DNA from: Eledone cirrhosa
Taxonomy: Eukaryota
Assembly: GCA_964016885.1 (NCBI GenBank)
Contig: OZ024748.1
Location: 45,446,001-45,510,000 of the forward strand
Direction of reading: 5' to 3'
DNA: 64,000 nt
Below are positions 14,440 to 29,182 of the stretch, piece after piece. The stretch's first letter is position 1. Each line of letters starts with the position of its first letter. A model generated the notes under the pieces. That model ran no database searches. It saw nothing but the letters and a program-made list of their open reading frames with translations, and was not told the origin of the DNA. Position numbers and translations under genes: made by a program.

Positions 14440-14655
14440 TCTCACTCCTGTTAGAACACCCCCTCCCTAGTTGACCACCACCACTTCCTACTTCTGGCCA
14501 TATTGGGCCATGTGGGGGCTGAGGTATCGGGTTAGATCATCGCGCCATCTGGACGTTGGTCGCCCTCTGGTTTTTCTCCATTGCCTTGGTATTCCCTCTG
14601 TCACTCTAATAATCCACCTGTTGTCTCTGATTTGGCCAAGCGTGATGCCTACGGC
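14440..14655 (-). pseudogene. RTE-clade LINE 3' fragment
   Basis: Manual translation IRDNRWIIRVTEGIPRQWRKTRGRPTSRWRDDL matches the RTE ORF C-terminal motif DxRW...RGRPxxRW. Confidence 0.75.
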
Positions 14656-15007
14656 TACACCCCTGTATACATGGCCAATATAGAAATAAAACAGTTATAA
14701 TTCTCTGAGAGAGAAGCAAGTCGATATACACCTCTCCCCGCCTCCACACGCTTCAGGGTATTATCATTCGCTAGATAATATTGTTGGAGTTTTTCCCCCA
14801 CATATACTAACTCAGATATTAACCTAGTGGTCAGGATGTAGGGTTCATAACCATAGGTAGTGAGGTCAATTGAGTCATTGTGGCCTTGAGCATGGCTCTT
14901 CATTACACTTTATAATAAGTGGGTAGTGTGTAAAGTCTGTACCACTTGCATCATAGTAAATCCGAAACTGGCAAGAAAAAAAAAAAAAACGAAATCATAC
15001 TAATAGT

Positions 15008-15348
15008 GGTTTCTGATTTAGGTGCAAGGCCAAACATTTGAGTGAAAGTCGATTAAATCTACCCCAGTGCATTACTGGTACTTTATTTGATCGACCCAGT
15101 AAGGATGAAAGGCAAGGTTAACATCGGCGGGATTTAAACTCAGAACGTAAAGGGACGTAACCCTATGCCGTGAAGCATGGTGTCCAACGCTCTACTGATT
15201 CTGCCAATCCACCGCCCTATAAAACAATAATAATAATAATTGTTTCTACGTTAGGCACAAGGCCAGCAAATACCCAGTGTATTACTGGTACTTTATTTTA
15301 TCGACCCCGTAAGGATGAAAGGCAAAGTTAACCTCGGCGGGATTTGAA
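15008..15348 (-). mobile_element. Two tandem SINE family 1 copies (full 15008-15217, 5'-truncated 15236-15348)
   Basis: Reverse complement of 6237-6428, associated with (ATT)n. Confidence 0.85.
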
Positions 15349-15913
15349 CAATAATAATAATAATGATTATAGTTCATTTATTGGCCACAAGGGCTGACAT
15401 ATAGGGGACAATACAATAAAATAATTTTTTTCTGGTGCCTCCCTGTCTCCTAGAGTGCTAATCACGTGTTTATGTGGCTTAATGGTCCATCTAACTGTGA
15501 ATGTATGAGTAATTATTAATAAAAGAAATATTACTTGAGGAACTTGGTAGGAATAAAAAAAAAATATATATATAATAAATATATAAATATATAAAATATA
15601 TAACAAAATATAAATATATAAAAATATATAAAAATATATAAAAATGTATACAAAAATATATAATAAATATATATATATGTAAAGATATATATATATAAAA
15701 TGTATAAATATATAAAAATATATAACAAATATGAATATAAAAATATATAAAAAATGTATAACTATACAAAAATATATAATAAATATAAAAATATATAAAA
15801 ATATATAATAAATATATGAATATATAAAAATATATAACAAATGTATAAATATATAGAATATAAATAATTATGTAAAACAAAATCTGTAAATTCTACGAAA
15901 CAAACAGAATGTT

Positions 15914-16095
15914 ATATCTGATAGAATAACATCTCTCCGTCACCTTCTAAATGTTGTATCTGATAGCATAACATCTCTCCGTCACCCTCTAAATGTATCT
16001 GATAGCATAACATCTCTCCGTCACCCTCTAAATGTATCTGATAGCATAATATCTCTCCGTCGCCCTCTAAATGTCTCTGATAGAATAACATCTTC
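15914..16095. repeat. 39-bp minisatellite, about 4.5 copies
   Basis: Unit tatctgatagcataacatctctccgtcaccctctaaatg. Confidence 0.9.
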
Positions 16096-16164
16096 CTGCC
16101 AGCCTCTAATTCGTTTTTGACAAGCTCTGGCTTCTTGTGTAGTTGGATGATTGTCTGTGTGTAC

Positions 16165-16195
<31 letters not shown>

Positions 16196-16311
16196 CACGT
16201 AAATACACGTAAATACATGTATATATACGATAATTTGAGAGAAGAGACAAATTAAGTAAAAATATTTCAGTTGAAATTAGAGTGTCTCTTTCTCTCTTTC
16301 TGTCTCCCTCC

Positions 16312-16343
<32 letters not shown>

Positions 16344-16344
16344 G

Positions 16345-16421
<77 letters not shown>

Positions 16422-17989
16422 ATATATATATATATATATATAATTCACATTTCTACGATTCCTATCTTAAATTCTTTTTTCACTCAATCATTTTCTTTTG
16501 TCTGTGTGTGTATGTGTCTATATATGTGAGTGTGTCGATGTCTGTATGTGTGTGTATATATGTCTGTATATACGTGAGTGTGTCCATGTCTGTGTGTGTA
16601 GGTGTCTATATATGTGTGTCGATGTGGGAGATATGGCGACATGCGTGTCGATGTAATTAGTTCTCGAAGGGCAATTTTCTCCATCCATCTCTTTAAATAT
16701 GTTATCAAGGCATTCGATTTCTCTAATTTAAATGCAGTTTATTTTATTTTATTTCATTTAGGTATATTTTAAATGTTGAGGTTTTTATTTTGTCTTAAGA
16801 AATATTTTGGGAGAATTATTTAAGCAAACGCGTATAAACGAATTGAAATTGTTTGTGGTTAGAATCGAGAAAAATATATATTTATGTATGTATATAGTGG
16901 AGGATATTACATTGATTGTAAGAAATCTAGAGCTAACGATTCTTCTTCTTGTCGCCCCCACAAGAGAGTCAGTTACAAAGCTTCGTTAGATGTGGTTCCG
17001 CCACAGCTGAACATATTGCTGTCTCTTTCATTAAACTTTGCCAAGTTCAGGGGGGTGCCAGCAGGGGGCATATCAGGTGGTGCTTAGTATATCACATGTA
17101 CAATATAAAATATACAGTAGAAGATCTCCTACGAGCAGTATAGCATATATGTTTCATCTAATGTATCACCAGCCTATAGGAAGGTTTCTGGCTCATAATA
17201 TCGGCCAACAATCTTGACCCATCATCCGTTTTCAAAGCTAGAAACACACCTCTCTACGCTTTAACCTTGTCATTGCGACAGATATCTGGTCACATATAAT
17301 CTAGAGTTTCATTTTATCACATCCTTTGAGGGCACATGGAAGTTTTGTCTAGTTTTCTTTCAGCAGAACTAAGCCTGCTTCCTTACCTGTTCTTGAATAA
17401 AGTCCACAGACAAATAGTCAAATACCGGGGCCTGACCGACCGCTTCCGCTTTGCACCGGTCTCCATCAAGAACTCTGAAGCCCTTAGTCACCATCCCCCA
17501 CTGCTGAATTCCTCTGAAAAGTTGGAAAACCGGCGACCCTCTTGTAGAGGGATCCCTGTGATGTGGGGAAGCTGGTGCAGCGTGCGTCTGAGGCCATTCT
17601 CTGCGGTAACGCTTTTTGCCATTTTGTCTGCTGGGCGCAGCTGAGACATCGCTCAGACTGGGGTGTAGTGTCTGTCTCTCCGCACTCAGACCAGGGTGAA
17701 GTGTCTGTCTCTCCCCTCCCCCTTCCCCTTTCTTACGTTGCTTGGTACCTTGTTTTCTTTTATTTGTTTCCATTTCCCTTTCCTTTTACTTCTGTTCCTT
17801 CCCTTTTTCGCTCCCTTTATTGTTCCCTTTAATACCGTATTTTCCTTTTTATTAGGGGTACATTATTTCTTAAATTAAAATATCCACGTGTCTCTCTTTC
17901 ACTGGATTTGACATATATTTAATAATCAACCTTCAACTTGTAAAGGTAGCCAAGGAAATATTGTTAGATCCTTTCTTAATGTCTTAAAC

Positions 17990-18274
17990 CAGTCATAAGC
18001 AACGTGCGGCCAGCGAAGCTTTCTGAAGGGCTCACCAAAGTCACCTAAGTGAAATCTTTCTGATTTTTTTACCCCAAATTTTCACTCCAGATTTATCTTT
18101 CTATCATTTTTACGATCGAGGAAAACAACGTGTACGAATTCTGAAGAAACAAATCAAAACAACCTGAGTTACCACCCTTTTTTTTTTTTATTAAATGTGG
18201 TCATGAATGTAAATTAGCGCTTGCGGCCCACCTGATGATGCGCCCCGCTTCTGGAAAAAGGTTGGCCATGCCTA
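17990..18274. mobile_element. hAT (Charlie/Buster-type) MITE
   Basis: Ends cagtcataagcaac / gttggccatgccta, subterminal gcggcc motifs. 8-bp TSD tcttaaac (17982-17989, 18275-18282) with central TA. Confidence 0.78.
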
Positions 18275-18567
18275 TCTTAAACTCTTCTATCGCCGTCGTC
18301 ACCCTTGGTATTGCAACTAGTTTTGTTTATATCTTTCAAAGTTTTGTTTTCAGGTGTTAAACTCTAAATATCTGTTTGGAAATCTCTGTTTCGTTATCCT
18401 ATTCCTATTTTTAGTACATATTCATTTTTTCGTTAATTTTCATAAATTCGATCATGTGTATTGGAAAATCAAGTAGTTCCACAACAGTTAGTTCACCAAA
18501 CTCGTCCCATGGACTGAGTGCTCTACTACTATGGAGATAACCCACCAGTGTTCTACTACTATATATA

Positions 18568-18622
<55 letters not shown>

Positions 18623-18628
18623 TACTTC

Positions 18629-18686
<58 letters not shown>

Positions 18687-18809
18687 AGGTGAGTTTTATT
18701 GTAGTACAATAAAGCAATGCAGATATCGGATAAGAAGCACTCTACAGTTTGTAGGACTGGAGTATACATAATATATAAGAACAAAAGATGGTTAAAGGAG
18801 TTCCATGTA

Positions 18810-18876
18810 TTTTATTATGCGCATTTCAAAAACAAACATCATCATGCAATAATATTTGTGTTTTCATCAGATAAAA
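18810..18876 (-). ncRNA. Type I hammerhead ribozyme
   Basis: ttttat-CTGATGA-aaacacaaat...atgtttgttttt-GAAA-tgcgca-TA-ataaaa. A truncated + strand relative is at 27842-27895. Confidence 0.75.
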
Positions 18877-18933
18877 CAGGAGGACATGATATGAAGGGTA
18901 AAAAACACTTGTGGATAGTGCAGTTTTAAATCA

Positions 18934-18980
<47 letters not shown>

Positions 18981-19033
18981 GTAGTAACACAACAGCTAGG
19001 CCACCATACCGAAAACAATTGTTTCACCTTATG

Positions 19034-19170
<137 letters not shown>

Positions 19171-19687
19171 ATATATTTATATGGAAAACCACTCTTTTGT
19201 AGCAAATAACGAACAAATCACTACATTCCCAGTCAACCTGCTGAATATAACAACCAAATCTACATCAGCCCATAAGAGAAATAACTTAAAGAACTGTGGA
19301 AATATGTATTGCGTAATAAAGTCTTTGATATCAGCTCCAGAAAACAAACAAGTCAAAACTGGAAAAACCACGGCAAAAGGGATTTTGACAATAATCAAAC
19401 TCGATTACGGTTACCCTGAGGGCTAATGTGGGCTAATGTGGGCTAATGATTGCTAATCAACAAAGATATCATCAACACCAACTATTATAATCGTATATCT
19501 TGTCTGGTTTAAATTACAGAAGCAGTACACTGAATTAGTGTTTACGTATTAAGACATTAGTGAGACATATAATTGGATAGGAAACTACATTAATAATTAG
19601 ATAAAGACATCGTTTATCGTTAAAAAAATTCTATAATGATATAATTACAAGGATTATATATGCACACATACATACATACACACACAC

Positions 19688-19760
<73 letters not shown>

Positions 19761-19793
19761 TTAGCTTCTCGCTAAAACAATTTCTATACCTTC

Positions 19794-19834
<41 letters not shown>

Positions 19835-20128
19835 CAGACAAGCAAACATACGCACATACATACATTTCTCCGAGGGTTCTTAACCCCACTATCAGGCTAA
19901 ATAATTTCTTTAATTTCTTTAGTCAAAATACGGCGATAGCTGACATTTATAATAATTTCAAACCCACTCGCTGTTTCGAAAATATTCTTACTATATATAT
20001 ATATATATATATATATGCAGACAAGCAAACATACATACATACATTCATACATACAGACATACAAACACACATGCATGCATACATATATGCATTCGTACGG
20101 ATACACACATACACATATATATACCTAC

Positions 20129-20211
<83 letters not shown>

Positions 20212-20212
<1 letters not shown>

Positions 20213-20477
20213 GATATTAAACAAATGGAAACTATATTTATAAAACCATATTTATTTCATTATACATATTTCGGGGATACCATATTAAAAATATGGCATG
20301 CCTTCTTCAGATATGGTTGCTCAATATTTATGGTACGTCAAAATTATTTATAAAACTGTTTATATATTGTATTTTATCTGAAGAAGGCATGCCATATTTT
20401 TAATATGGTATCCCCGAAATATGTATAATGAAATAAATATGGTTTTATAAATATAGTTTCAATTTGTTTAATATCGT
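20212..20477. repeat. Inverted repeat (about 100-bp arms), each arm containing a hammerhead
   Basis: + strand 20374-20428: ttat-CTGAAGA-aggcatgccatatttttaatatggtatcccc-GAAA tat GTA-taa. Mirror copy at 20259-20313. Confidence 0.85.
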
Positions 20478-20562
20478 ATATCTACTCCAAAACTTGTCGA
20501 GTGCTTTATATCAGTTATAAAATATTTACTTGTTGTAACCCAACAATTTTAAATAAAACTTT

Positions 20563-20670
<108 letters not shown>

Positions 20671-20758
20671 CACATACATATGTATATACATATATATATA
20701 CATATACACATACACACACCACACATATATATATATATATTATATATATATATATATA

Positions 20759-21570
20759 GGAACGAGTAGGACCCCGACGGCTGAGCTCAAGCCGTTTCGA
20801 CGGCTAATTCTGGACTGAATTAGCCGTCGAAACGTCTGCTTTCCCCTTTCGCCTACCCCGATGCAGCCCATCGGGCTTCTGTAGCATCAGTTCTCCCACC
20901 CCTGTAATTTTAAGATAAAATTGGCCGAATAGGTTTTACTAACTACGTATAGCAGATGTGTTAAACCCCTTTAATTCTGTATCAGTTTTGTTACTACTCG
21001 ATTTCTACAAGTTTTTTTCTATTGTCAACTTATCAACCTGTAATTGTAAGATAGCATTGTGATTTTTTTAAAATTCATTTCTCACTATCTAATCTTATAT
21101 ATATATTTTTTTCTTTCTTTCTATTATCTTTTATTTTCTCCTACTCTCATTCGATTTACCTATTCTATAACCTCCCTCCTCCACTTCATACACTATCCTT
21201 AGAATCTGCTGTATAAATATCACTTTCAACGCTTGACCGCTCCACTCACTCCCCTATTGTTCTACAGGCAAGTTCAGCCACCCCTACCTCCCACCAAATG
21301 CCATGATAGACTTATTTGTGTTTACAACAAATTTTAACCAGTCCTCTTGAAAACTACAATCTTCCCATATAAGGAAGTACCCCCTTGACAAGTTCGGCTA
21401 TTTATTCACCAGGCTAAAAATTCTAATTTAGTCCAGAAACAGCCGTCGAAACGGCTTGAGCTCTGCCCTCGGGGTTATACTTTTTCCTATTTTCCACTCT
21501 ACTGCCCTAAGTATTGAGTACTCTGGTGCGTTATGGTCCATCTGGTTCCATACCACAATTCCTTTGTTAT
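20759..21570 (+). mobile_element. PLE-like terminal region (family A) with inverted left arm and full hammerhead at 21378-21477
   Basis: taccccc-TTGACAA-gttcggctattt...aaacagccgtc-GAAACggc ttgagctct gcc CTC-ggggtta. Inverted arm at 20759-20816. (TA)n on both sides. Confidence 0.65.
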
Positions 21571-21594
21571 ATAAATATATATATATATATATAA

Positions 21595-22740
21595 GTTAAA
21601 GCAATGAAATAAAAAATCAAGTCATTAGAGATATACTTCACTGCTTTACGATCGTTTCTAGGTGATGATAATACATTGTAGCTATACTCCGTTATTGATC
21701 TATGTACGGTTCGTTTGTGGTTTTTCGGTTGTTTGGTGTAATAGGAATAACCACTTTAGGTATTTGTTTCAATGGTATTTTTTGGTGTTTGTAGTTTTTG
21801 CTAGGTTTTATGTTTTGGTCCATAGTAGTGTTGGGGATATATGAGATTTTTTCTTTATATACACTTCTAGTTAAGGCCTAGTTGTAGAAGGGTGCATTAT
21901 TATAAAATATATCTTCATTGGAAGATAATTTAAAAAGCATAAGAGATATGTTATATACTAAGTTCTTGAGTATAGAGCCAGGATCATACTTCTAGAAGTG
22001 GATATAAAGAAAACATCTTATATAGCCCCAACATTACTATGGACCAAAATATACATAAACATACTTGATAGTATTTTAGAACGTATCATATGTTGTATTA
22101 TACTAAGTGCAATTTACCACACCGTACTATATTGTGTTGGTTATGTTGTATATTATCGCATTACTGTATTTCATTATCTTATTATAATTTTCATTTTTTA
22201 ATATACTATCTCTCCTAGCCATAACCTTAATTTATATTCACCTAAAAACTCAATACAACACTAATCGCCATTTATTTTTACATTTATTTTTACATTCCTT
22301 TTAAACTTCACTATACCAGATACACTCAAGTATCAGTTTGACAATCCCTTTCCTCCTAATAGATTTTTATGCCAATTCTACTATTAACACCATTCAACCA
22401 TTCCTATCAAAGTGTCATGACCTCAACTAAAGTGTATTACTTTTCATCTTAACACCATATGAAAAAAACAATTTGATTGGTTAGTTCTTCAACTACCTCC
22501 AAATAAGGACATGATACTAACATACTACTAATTCTGAATAAAATTATTGTTGCTTTTGATAACAGCTGGTGATATGTATGTAAGTAAATATTCTCTTTAT
22601 CTGATATTTTGTAACTAACCTTACATAGATCAATAACGGAGTATAGCTACAATGTATTATCATCACCTAGAAACGATCGTAAAGCAGTGAAGTATATCTC
22701 TAATGACTTAATTTTTTATTTCATTGTTTTAACTTATATC
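21595..22740. mobile_element. Degenerate PLE with inverted ends and RT-thumb remnant
   Basis: Arms 21595-21707 and 22622-22740 are inverted. Minus strand about 21800-21977 translates SILKNLVYNISLMLFKLSSNEDIFYNNAPFYN*ALTRSVYKEKISY, resembling a PLE RT thumb. HHR-like motif at 22551-22686. Confidence 0.65.
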
Positions 22741-23323
22741 ATGACTCTGTTTTCCTTTTAATGTTTTATTGTTTTCCGGGATTTATCTTAACCTACAACA
22801 TTTTCAACATATGGATTACATCGAGTTCTTCATACAGAATTGACCCCACAACACACTGTGGATACCTCTGTGTATATATATATATACATATATACAGTGG
22901 TGTGGATGTGGATGTCTTGAAGTTTATAAGGAATTACCATAACGGCTGAATCTATTCCTTTTCTGTAGCTTTTTGTGTAATTCAATGTTTAATATACTAG
23001 ATATGTTGAAGTCTCCACCTATTTCAGGTAACAGCAGATAACAAAGGCTTTCATTTTTAGACTTACTCTACACAATATATAGCTTTCATATTTTTATATA
23101 AAACACACACGCTGTTAAATATGTAAGTATTCATGCATGTATGCATGCATGTATGTATGTATGTGTGTATGTATGTATGTATGTATGTTCATCACCCGGT
23201 CTGAGAATTGAACTAACAACCTTTCGATTGCAAGGCCAATGCCCTAACCACTAAGCCATGTGCCTCCATATATATATATATATATATGTTTGTATGTTTG
23301 TATGTTTGTATGTATGTATGTAA

Positions 23324-23734
23324 GGGAGAGATGACCCCTTAGCCTTTGTCAAGGCAGAATTCTAGGAGAAGGAAAACTCTGATATAACACCTGCAACCCT
23401 GATGGTAACCAATGATGTTGACTTGTTCTTCTTTTTGGTAAATATCATCTTGGTTAAGAGAGTGGGACTGGTTTTGTGCAGTACCTTTGCTCACTATAAA
23501 AGCTTCACGGCACAGGCATTGCTTTATATCTGGAGATCTCTCTGCACTTGTCGTCACATGGTACCATGGGCCCAGCACTATGTGTCAATAATTGTCACAA
23601 GTATAGTGTTTGTGCCAGAGTTTTCAAGTCGCTGGCTGGACTAAAAAGTCACACTCGTTCAGCGCATCGGTAGGGGTTCTCCTACATGGATATAAAGTAG
23701 TGGCCGTACTCGAAAACGAGTTGGCAGCCACCAT
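23324..23734 (+). mobile_element. Non-autonomous RTE-tailed element, 5'-truncated copy
   Basis: Homologous to 24221-24817. Ends gaaaacgagttggcagccacc then (ATGT)n. An extra 3' fragment is at 23977-24052. Confidence 0.8.
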
Positions 23735-24220
23735 GTATGTATGTGTGTGTGTATGTATGTATGTATGTATGTATGTATGTATGTATGTATGTATGTATGT
23801 ATGTATGTATGTATGCATTTATGAATGTATGTATGTAAATATGTATTTATGTATGTATATTTGTATATCTATTTATATTTGTATATATATTTGTATATAT
23901 ATTTATGTATATGTATTTATGTATGTATATTTGTATGTATGTATGTATGTATGTATGCATGTATGTATGTATGTATGTTCAGCGCATCGGTAGGGGTCCT
24001 CCTACATGGATATAAAGTAGTGGCCGTACTCGAAAACGAGTTGGCAGCCACCATGTATGTATGTATGTATGTATGTATGTATGTATGTATGTATGTATGT
24101 ACGTATATGTGTGTATGTTTAGGTGTATGTGTAAATGTATATATATAATGTATGTACGTATATGCATGAATGTATATATTTGTATATTTGTATGTATGTA
24201 TCTATGTATGTATATATGTC

Positions 24221-24817
24221 AGGTCACCAGTTGGTGCTACTGGTAACATGTATCCCAGTACAACCTGTCTCATGGTCGGGTCGTTGGCGACTAAACTGGC
24301 AACCCCACCAAGGTTTCTCGGTGAGGAGGGTGACTTTGGACATCCTGCAGGACTAAAAACAAAACCTGTCAAAGGGCAAAGGAGCTCTTAAGAGTCAATG
24401 GCCATCCAAAATCACCGGGAGAGATGACCCCTTAGCCTTTGTCAAGGCAGAATTCTAGGAGAAGGAAAACTCTGATATAACACCTGCAACTCTGATGGTA
24501 TCCAATGATGTTGTCATGTTCTTCATTTTGGTAAATATCATCTTGGTTAAGAGAGTGGGACTGGATTTGTGCAGTGCCTTTGCTCACTATAAAAGCTTCA
24601 CGGCACAGGCATTGCTTTATATCTGGAGATCTCTCTGCACTTGTCACATGGTACCATGGGCCCAGCACTATGTGTCAATAATTGTCACAGGTGTAGTGTT
24701 TGTACCAGAGTTTTCAACTGGCTGGATTAAAAAGTCACACTCGTTCAGCGCATCGGTAGGAGTTCTCCTACATGGATATAAAGTAGTGGCCGTACTCGAA
24801 AACGAGTTGGCAGCCAT
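24221..24817 (+). mobile_element. Non-autonomous RTE-tailed element, longest copy
   Basis: About 600 bp. The family's 3' part encodes a C2H2 remnant (CSVCTRGFKSLAGLKSHTRSA in the 27265 copy) typical of RTE ORF ends. Other copies: 27265-27513, 31047-31392, diverged 41905-42400. Confidence 0.75.
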
Positions 24818-25062
24818 CATATATGTATGTATATATGTATGTATGTTTATGTGTATGTATAAATGTATTTATGTGTATATAAGCAATGTATATATGTATG
24901 TATATTTGTGTATTTGTATGTATGTATATACGAATATGTATGTTTAGGTGTATATGTAAATGTATATAAGCAATGTATGTTTATGATAATTCGGATATAA
25001 GAAACGATTTCAAACGAGAATCTTCAATTATTAAATCTTGTTATTTCCCCATTGGCGGTCTG

Positions 25063-27135
25063 TACACACACACTAACACATACTAACACACACACTAACA
25101 CATACACTAACACACACACTAACATATACACTAACACACATACTAACACACACACTAACACATACACTAACACACACACTAACATATACACTAACACACA
25201 CACTAACACACACACTAACACATACACTAACACATACACTAACACCCACACTAACATATACACTAACACACACACTAACACACACACTAACACATACACT
25301 AACACATACACTAACACACACACTAACACATACACTAACACACACACTAATACATACACTGACATACACTAAGAAGGACTAACACACACAGATAACACAC
25401 ACACGGACATACACTAAGACACAGACTAACACACAGACTAACACACACACTAACACATACTAACACACACACTAACACATACACTAACACACACACTAAC
25501 ACATGCACTAACACACACACTAACACATACACTAACACACATACTAACACACACATAACACACACATTAACACACACACGAACACAAACATAACACACAC
25601 AGTAACACATACTAACACACACACAAACACACACACAAACACACACAGTAACACCCACACTAACACACACATAACACACACACTAACACATACTAACACA
25701 CACACTAACACACACACACACTAACACACACACTAACACACACGCTAACACATACACTAACGCACACACTAACACACATAACACACACACTAACGCATAC
25801 TAACACACACACTAACACACACATAACGCACACACTAACACACACATTGACATAGACACTAAGACAGACTAACACATACACATAACACACACACTGCACA
25901 TACTAAGACACAGACTAACACACACACATAAAACACTCACTGACATACACTAAGAAAGACTAACACACACACATAACACACACACATAACACACACACTG
26001 ACATACACTGAGACAGACTAACACACACACATAAACACACTGACACATACTAAGACAGACTAACACACACACATAACACACACACTGACATACACTAAGA
26101 AAGACTAACACACACACTGACAGACACTAAGACAGACTAACACACACACATAACACACACACACTGACATACACTAAGACACAGACTAACACACACACAT
26201 AACACACACACATAACACACACACTGACACACACTAAGACACATACTAACACACACACATAACACACACATGGACATACACTAAGACACAGACTAACACA
26301 CACACTAACACACACACTAACATATACTAACACACACACTAACACACACATAACACACACACTAACACATACTAACACACATACTAACACACACACTAAC
26401 ACACACATAACACACACACATAACACACACACTGACATACAATAAGACACAGACTAAAACACACACATAACACACACTGACATACACTAAGAATGACTAA
26501 CACACACACACACACACTAACACACACAATTACACACACACTAACACACACACGAATACACACACTAAGATATACACTAACACGCACACTAACACACCCA
26601 TTAACACACACACACGCACTAACACACACACTAACACACACTAACACACACCCACACACACTAACACACACCCACACACACTAACACACACTAACACACA
26701 CACACACACACTAACACACACAATAACACACACACTAACACACACACACACACACACACACAATAACACACACACTAACACACACACGAACACACACACT
26801 AACACACACACTAACACACACACTAACACACACATTAACACACACACTAACACACACACTAACACACACACTAACACACACACTAAAACACACACTAGCA
26901 TACACACTAACACACACTAACACACACACTAACACATCCACTAACACACACTAACACACACTAACACACACACTAACACATCCACTAACACACACACACT
27001 AACACACCCACTAACACACCCACTAACACACATATACACCGACTAGCATGCTCTCACACACACACACATACACGATAACACACACGCTAACACACACACT
27101 AACACATCCACTAACACACACACTAACACACATAT
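25063..27135. repeat. CA-derived minisatellite (about 12-bp unit ACTAACACACAC)
   Basis: Directly visible, about 2 kb. Confidence 0.93.
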
Positions 27136-27511
27136 ACAAGGATACGCATGCTCACACACACAGGCGGGTATTGGGTATGGAGTCCTTTTTTTCAACTGTT
27201 TACACATGGAAGCCCTTATGGACATTTAAACACACGTAAAACACACACAAACAAACCCATATAAACAGGCATTGCTTTATATCTGGAGATCTCTCTGCAC
27301 TTGTCCTCACATGGGCCCAGCACTATGTGTCAATAATTGTCCTACCATGGGCCTAGCACTATGTGTCAATAATTGTCACAGGTGTAGTGTTTGTACCAGA
27401 GGTTTCAAGTCGCTGGCTGGACTAAAAAGTCACACTCGTTCAGCGCTTCGGTAGGGGTTATCCTACATGGATGTAAAGTAGTGGCCGTACTCGAAAACGA
27501 GTTGGCAGCCA

Positions 27512-27554
<43 letters not shown>

Positions 27555-27616
27555 AAATATAAATTGTAGTGTAGTTAATAGATATACAGATATATATGCA
27601 TCTGTATACACTCACA

Positions 27617-27663
<47 letters not shown>

Positions 27664-27689
27664 TTATGTATGTATGTTTGTATACATAC

Positions 27690-27789
<100 letters not shown>

Positions 27790-27894
27790 ATGTATATATA
27801 TATATTTATGTATGTATGTTTGTATACATACATATATATGTAATGCGCATAATAAAATACATGGAACTCCTTTAACCATCTTTTGATCTTATAT

Positions 27895-27936
<42 letters not shown>

Positions 27937-27981
27937 CATGTATATATATATATTTATGTATGTATGGTTGTATACATACAT

Positions 27982-28021
<40 letters not shown>

Positions 28022-28451
28022 CAATTAGAGACGCTGCCGTTTATTGTCCATGATCTAAAAACTGATATTTACATTCTGCTTCCATTCTAACTCAACAAAT
28101 AATTCTCCACAATTGAACATCGAATGTTGAACAAAAATATAACGAAATATTGCTGTGATTCCTGCAACTAAAGACCCACCCATACATACACCCCCCTATC
28201 TCTCTCTTTATCTATCTGTCTGTATATATATATATATATATATATACATATATATACATATATATATCTTCTGCTGTAGAATTGATTTAATGGAGACATT
28301 ATATTTTAATATTCGCTATTTACATATTTCAATATTATTTAATAAAACATCCAACTACACTGGCATATCAAAACCTATATACTTGTATTTCTCGATGAAT
28401 ATCTATTTCCATACATCATATATATATATATATATATATGTATCTCTTAAC

Positions 28452-28662
28452 GATCGACTTTCGTCAAATCGGACCGAGGGAACAATGTTTCCGTTGGTCT
28501 TTCCAATTGCTAATACTATCTATCGGTCGCAACTCCAGGTAGAAGGAGCAACGTGAAATAAAGTGTCTTGCTCAAGGACATAACGCATCACCTGGTCCAT
28601 GAATCGAACTCATAACCTTACGATTGCGAATCCAATTCTCTAACCACTCAGCCACACGCCTT
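28452..28662 (-). mobile_element. tRNA-derived SINE family 2, full-length
   Basis: Minus strand ggcgtgtggctgagtggttagagaattggattcgcaatcgtaaggttatgagttcgattc (A and B boxes). Confidence 0.85.
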
Positions 28663-28720
28663 CACATATATATGTATATATATATATATATATGTATATA
28701 TATGTATATATATATATGTA

Positions 28721-28767
<47 letters not shown>

Positions 28768-28952
28768 TTATATATATATATAGGAAAATGTTTGACCCCT
28801 AGTCCAGAAATAGCCGTGGAAACGGCTCGAAAGCTGCTGTCGTCGTCAAACATTTTCCTATTACCCACTCTACTACCCTAGTATTGAGCACACACGAGCG
28901 TTATGGTCCATATGGTTCCTCACCACACCTCCTTCGTTATATATATATATAT

Positions 28953-28990
<38 letters not shown>

Positions 28991-29038
28991 ATGATATTAA
29001 ATAAACGGAGACTATATTTATAAAACCATATTTATTCT

Positions 29039-29090
29039 ATTATACATATTTGAAGGGTACCAAAACTTTGGTACGCACTCATCAGATAAA
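29039..29090 (-). ncRNA. Hammerhead with G12 substitution
   Basis: tttat-CTGATGA-gtgcgtacc aaagtttt ggtaccctt-CAAA tat GTA-taa. Same family as 20374 and 34570. Confidence 0.6.
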
Positions 29091-29182
29091 ATACAAAGTT
29101 TGTTTTATAAATTTTGATATAACCAAGAAAAAATACCTTAACGGTTCAAGTTTTTCCTGGATTTATACATATATATATATAT

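Noticed and set aside
15914-16095. CRISPR-like periodic repeat
   Set aside because: Contiguous 39-bp units with no unique spacers, no cas genes, eukaryotic context.
19180-19426. Possible PLE Cys-linker remnant (KNCGNMYC)
   Set aside because: Too degenerate to support without a database search.
28560-28662. tRNA gene
   Set aside because: A and B boxes are present but the sequence continues into a multicopy SINE body without a proper cloverleaf.
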